Part shown: positions 45,809 to 48,733 of the stretch, in pieces
Layout: every line of letters begins with the position of its first letter
Position numbering within the stretch: the stretch's first letter is position 1
From: a virus
Lineage: Duplodnaviria; Caudoviricetes
DNA length: 48,733 nucleotides
IMG/VR virus record: IMGVR_UViG_3300037483_001802
Span: 1 to 48,733 of that record
Direction: 5' to 3' (one strand)
Position numbers and translations under genes: made by a program
The notes under the pieces: model-generated
What the model was told of the DNA's origin: nothing
Database searches by the model: none
What the model saw: only the letters and a program-made list of their open reading frames with translations

Positions 45809-46210
45809 GCGCTCTGGTCCCGCAGTCCAGGCCGAATATATCCACTCATGTTGGCAGCATTGACCTGATTACGAAGGGATGGGTGAAAAAGCGTTCCAGC
45901 GTTTCAACGTGAAAGCGTCGCACCGTTTACAGACAGAAATCTCTCCACGCAGTTGAAAGCGTTGCCGCGTTTGAACGTTTCAGCGCTTGAACGTTAGTTC
46001 CCGCATTGACCTCGCTGCGAATGGAGGGGATGCTCTATCTGGTTTCCTCACGTAATATTTTTGAACCTGAGGGGGCGTTGCGGAATAACCATTATATTTT
46101 TATGTGGATTGTCGGGGGAGGAGGTGTAATCTGCAAACAAGAGATTTTTTTCATGTTTGACTTTACTCTCAGGCGATCAGGATGTTTATCGGACAGGCAA
46201 TTTTTTTCCC

Positions 46211-48733
46211 ATGCGGCAATCAGTAATCAAGCAGACGGGCGTTATTGAAGAAACCCTGCGGGGGATTGTGGATCGTGTCACCTTTCACAATGCCGACAAC
46301 GGCTTTTCAATCTTGCGCGTCTTCCCCTTCAATAATCCTCAACAGCTGGAAACGGTCGTCGTCCACCAAACCAAGGTGTTTGCCGGTGCCACCATGGAGT
46401 TTTCCGGCGCCTGGACAATGAACCCGCAGTATGGCCGGCAGTTTCAGGCGACCAGGGCCGTGGAAATAAAACCGGCCACCGCGGCCGCGCTGGAAAAGTA
46501 TCTGGGCTCGGGGCTCATCAAAGGAGTCGGCCCGAAGACCGCCAGGCGCATTGTCCGCCATTTCGGCAGGCAGACCCTGGATGTTTTTGAGGAAGAAATA
46601 GACCGGCTGACAGAGGTTCCGGGCATTGCCACGAAGAAACTGGAAATGATCAGTGCTGCCTGGGCTGAGCATCGAGCGATCCGGGAAGTGATGATGTTCC
46701 TGCAGACCCATGGCATCAGCACCCTTTTTGCCGTGCGGATTTACAAGCAATACGGCGACAAGGCCATCCCCTATGTCACGGAAGATCCCTACCGTCTTGC
46801 CAATGATTTCTATGGGATAGGTTTTTTCTCCGCGGACAAGGTTGCTTTGAGTATTGGTCTGGCGACTGACAGCCCCCAACGAATCATGGCAGGGATCAAA
46901 CATGTACTGGCGGCAAGCAGGGATTTCGGTCACTGCTATCTGACCGAGTCTCAAATAGGGGCGCAGGTAAAAGAGCTTCTGGAATTAGACTTGGGCGACA
47001 GGCTGGCCGGGTTGCTTGGCCAGATGGAGCAGGAGGGGCAGCTGATGGTCCGCCGGCTCACTTCTCCGGCCGGGGTGACGGAAGCGTGTTATTACTCGAA
47101 GTCTCTCTATTTCGATGAGTTGTATGTGGCCAGGAAGGTCACGGGCTTTGGGGATCCGCCCCAGATTAATAAGGACAGGATTGGCAAGTGGATCAGCCGT
47201 TACTGCGAGTCAAAGCATATATCCTTAAGCGATGAGCAGACCGCTGCCGTTAACCGTATCGTCTGTGAAAAGTTCTCTATTCTTACCGGCGGCCCCGGCT
47301 GCGGCAAGACCACCACAACCCTGGTGATAGTGAAATTGCTTGAGGCGATGGGGTTAAGGGTGTTGCTTGCCGCTCCGACCGGCCGGGCCGCCCAGCGCAT
47401 GTCCGAGGTTAGCGGCCGGGAGGCAAAGACGATCCACCGTCTGCTGGAATGGCAGCTCGGCAAGTTCAAGAAAAATGAAGAAGATCCTTTGGAGGTGGAT
47501 TTTCTCATTGTTGACGAATGTTCCATGCTGGACATCAATTTAACCGCCTCTCTCTTAAAGGCCGTGCCTGATCGCAGCCAGGTTCTCTTTATCGGTGATG
47601 CGGATCAACTGCCCTCGGTGGGCGCGGGCAATGTTTTACGAGACATGATTGCTTCCGGCAAGGTGCCCTGTTTTCAGCTGACCAGGATTTTTCGGCAGGC
47701 CCGGGAATCACTTATTATTCAATATGCCCATCAGATCAACCATGGTGAAATCCCATACATCGATTCGCCGTTCAAAAAACCTGAACTGTGGCGGGACAAA
47801 ATTGATTGCCTGTTCCTTGATTCCGAGGAGGCAACCAAGGAACAGCTATCCTTTGTGGCGAAAGTGAAACGGTTCCATGACCGCAAAACATCCGGCCCCG
47901 GCCTTGACCCGGGCAATGCCCCCAACCTGTATGAATTCCGCACCAATGAGCCGATGATCCCCTATGAGACGGAATGTGTCATTCCCAAAAAATATCAGCA
48001 TGTCAATCTGGAAGATCTCTATAAAGCTGAAAACAGGGTCGATGAACTGCTGGCGGTTTTAAAAAAGGTGCATCCCTGGTCATCCCTGCGTTACGGCCTG
48101 GCTGCCTCGGATATTGTCCGGAAGCTTTACCTGGAATGGATACCGAAATATTTCGGCAAAAGTTGTGAAATCCAGATCCTCTCCCCCATGACCAGGGGCA
48201 GCCTCGGCACGGTCAATCTCAATACCATGATTCAGCAGGCGGCCAATCCGCCCACAGCAGGGAAGAGTCAGCTGAAGGTGGGCGAAAGGATCTTCCGGGT
48301 GGGTGACAGGGTTATTCATCGCAGAAATAATTATGACCTGGGTGTTTTTAACGGCGATATCGGCGCCATCAAGGAAATTGACAATGAAGAGTTGACCTGT
48401 GTCGTCTCCTTTTTCCCCGACAACCGGGAGGTCCTGTATCAAAAGGATAATATTGTGGAGCTGGACCTGGCCTACGCCATCACGATCCATAAGTCACAGG
48501 GCAGTGAATTTGCAGCGGTCATTATTCCGGTCCTCACCCAGCATTTCAAAATGCTCTTCAGAAATCTTATTTACACCGGCCTGACCAGAGCCAGGAAGCT
48601 GGCGGTGTTTGTCGGTACGCGCAAAGCCCTGGCCATGGCGGTGCAGAATCAGGATACCAGTCAACGCCAAACGGCTCTTCAGGAATTGCTTAACCCAAGC
48701 ATTGGCAGTGATTGTTGGAGAAGGACCCTGTAA
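46211..48733 (+). CDS. recD2: RecD2-like SF1B DNA helicase (outside the prophage)
   Basis: YLGSGLIKGVGP HhH region, GGPGCGKTT, APTGRAA, VDECSM, GDADQLPSVGAG, YAITIHKSQGSE, YTGLTRA. Confidence 0.93.
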   Translation: MRQSVIKQTGVIEETLRGIVDRVTFHNADNGFSILRVFPFNNPQQLETVVVHQTKVFAGATMEFSGAWTMNPQYGRQFQATRAVEIKPATAAALEKYLGSGLIKGVGPKTARRIVRHFGRQTLDVFEEEIDRLTEVPGIATKKLEMISAAWAEHRAIREVMMFLQTHGISTLFAVRIYKQYGDKAIPYVTEDPYRLANDFYGIGFFSADKVALSIGLATDSPQRIMAGIKHVLAASRDFGHCYLTESQIGAQVKELLELDLGDRLAGLLGQMEQEGQLMVRRLTSPAGVTEACYYSKSLYFDELYVARKVTGFGDPPQINKDRIGKWISRYCESKHISLSDEQTAAVNRIVCEKFSILTGGPGCGKTTTTLVIVKLLEAMGLRVLLAAPTGRAAQRMSEVSGREAKTIHRLLEWQLGKFKKNEEDPLEVDFLIVDECSMLDINLTASLLKAVPDRSQVLFIGDADQLPSVGAGNVLRDMIASGKVPCFQLTRIFRQARESLIIQYAHQINHGEIPYIDSPFKKPELWRDKIDCLFLDSEEATKEQLSFVAKVKRFHDRKTSGPGLDPGNAPNLYEFRTNEPMIPYETECVIPKKYQHVNLEDLYKAENRVDELLAVLKKVHPWSSLRYGLAASDIVRKLYLEWIPKYFGKSCEIQILSPMTRGSLGTVNLNTMIQQAANPPTAGKSQLKVGERIFRVGDRVIHRRNNYDLGVFNGDIGAIKEIDNEELTCVVSFFPDNREVLYQKDNIVELDLAYAITIHKSQGSEFAAVIIPVLTQHFKMLFRNLIYTGLTRARKLAVFVGTRKALAMAVQNQDTSQRQTALQELLNPSIGSDCWRRTL

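Noticed and set aside
46006-46248. 80-aa ORF upstream of recD2
   Set aside because: TTG start, no motifs, overlaps the likely recD2 promoter and start

Overview
Positions 1 to about 45,715 are the right-hand ~46 kb of a temperate siphovirus-type prophage, almost entirely encoded on the + strand. Its modules, in order: recombination/replication (PD-(D/E)XK nuclease, SMC-like ATPase, initiator, DnaB, SSB, RuvC-like), accessory and DNA-modification genes (NPPF methyltransferase, DUF5131-like, two ParB-like proteins, glycosyltransferase), packaging/head, tail, and lysis. The prophage ends at a 55-bp 3' fragment of tRNA-Arg(CCG) (attR), followed by a recD2-like helicase gene. Integrase and repressor are not in the window. 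The most striking locus is a 1231-aa MuF-type head protein carrying Nudix, HipA/PI4K-like kinase and ADP-ribosyltransferase-like domains, followed by a candidate immunity gene and lying near a DHH phosphoesterase. Other notable signals: an 18-bp CATG-centred palindrome at nine transcription-unit starts, initiator-gene iterons repeated 22 kb away in the head module, a candidate structured sRNA, a ferredoxin inside the lysis cassette and a divergent subtilase among the head genes. All family assignments come from motif recognition by eye; no database search was run.
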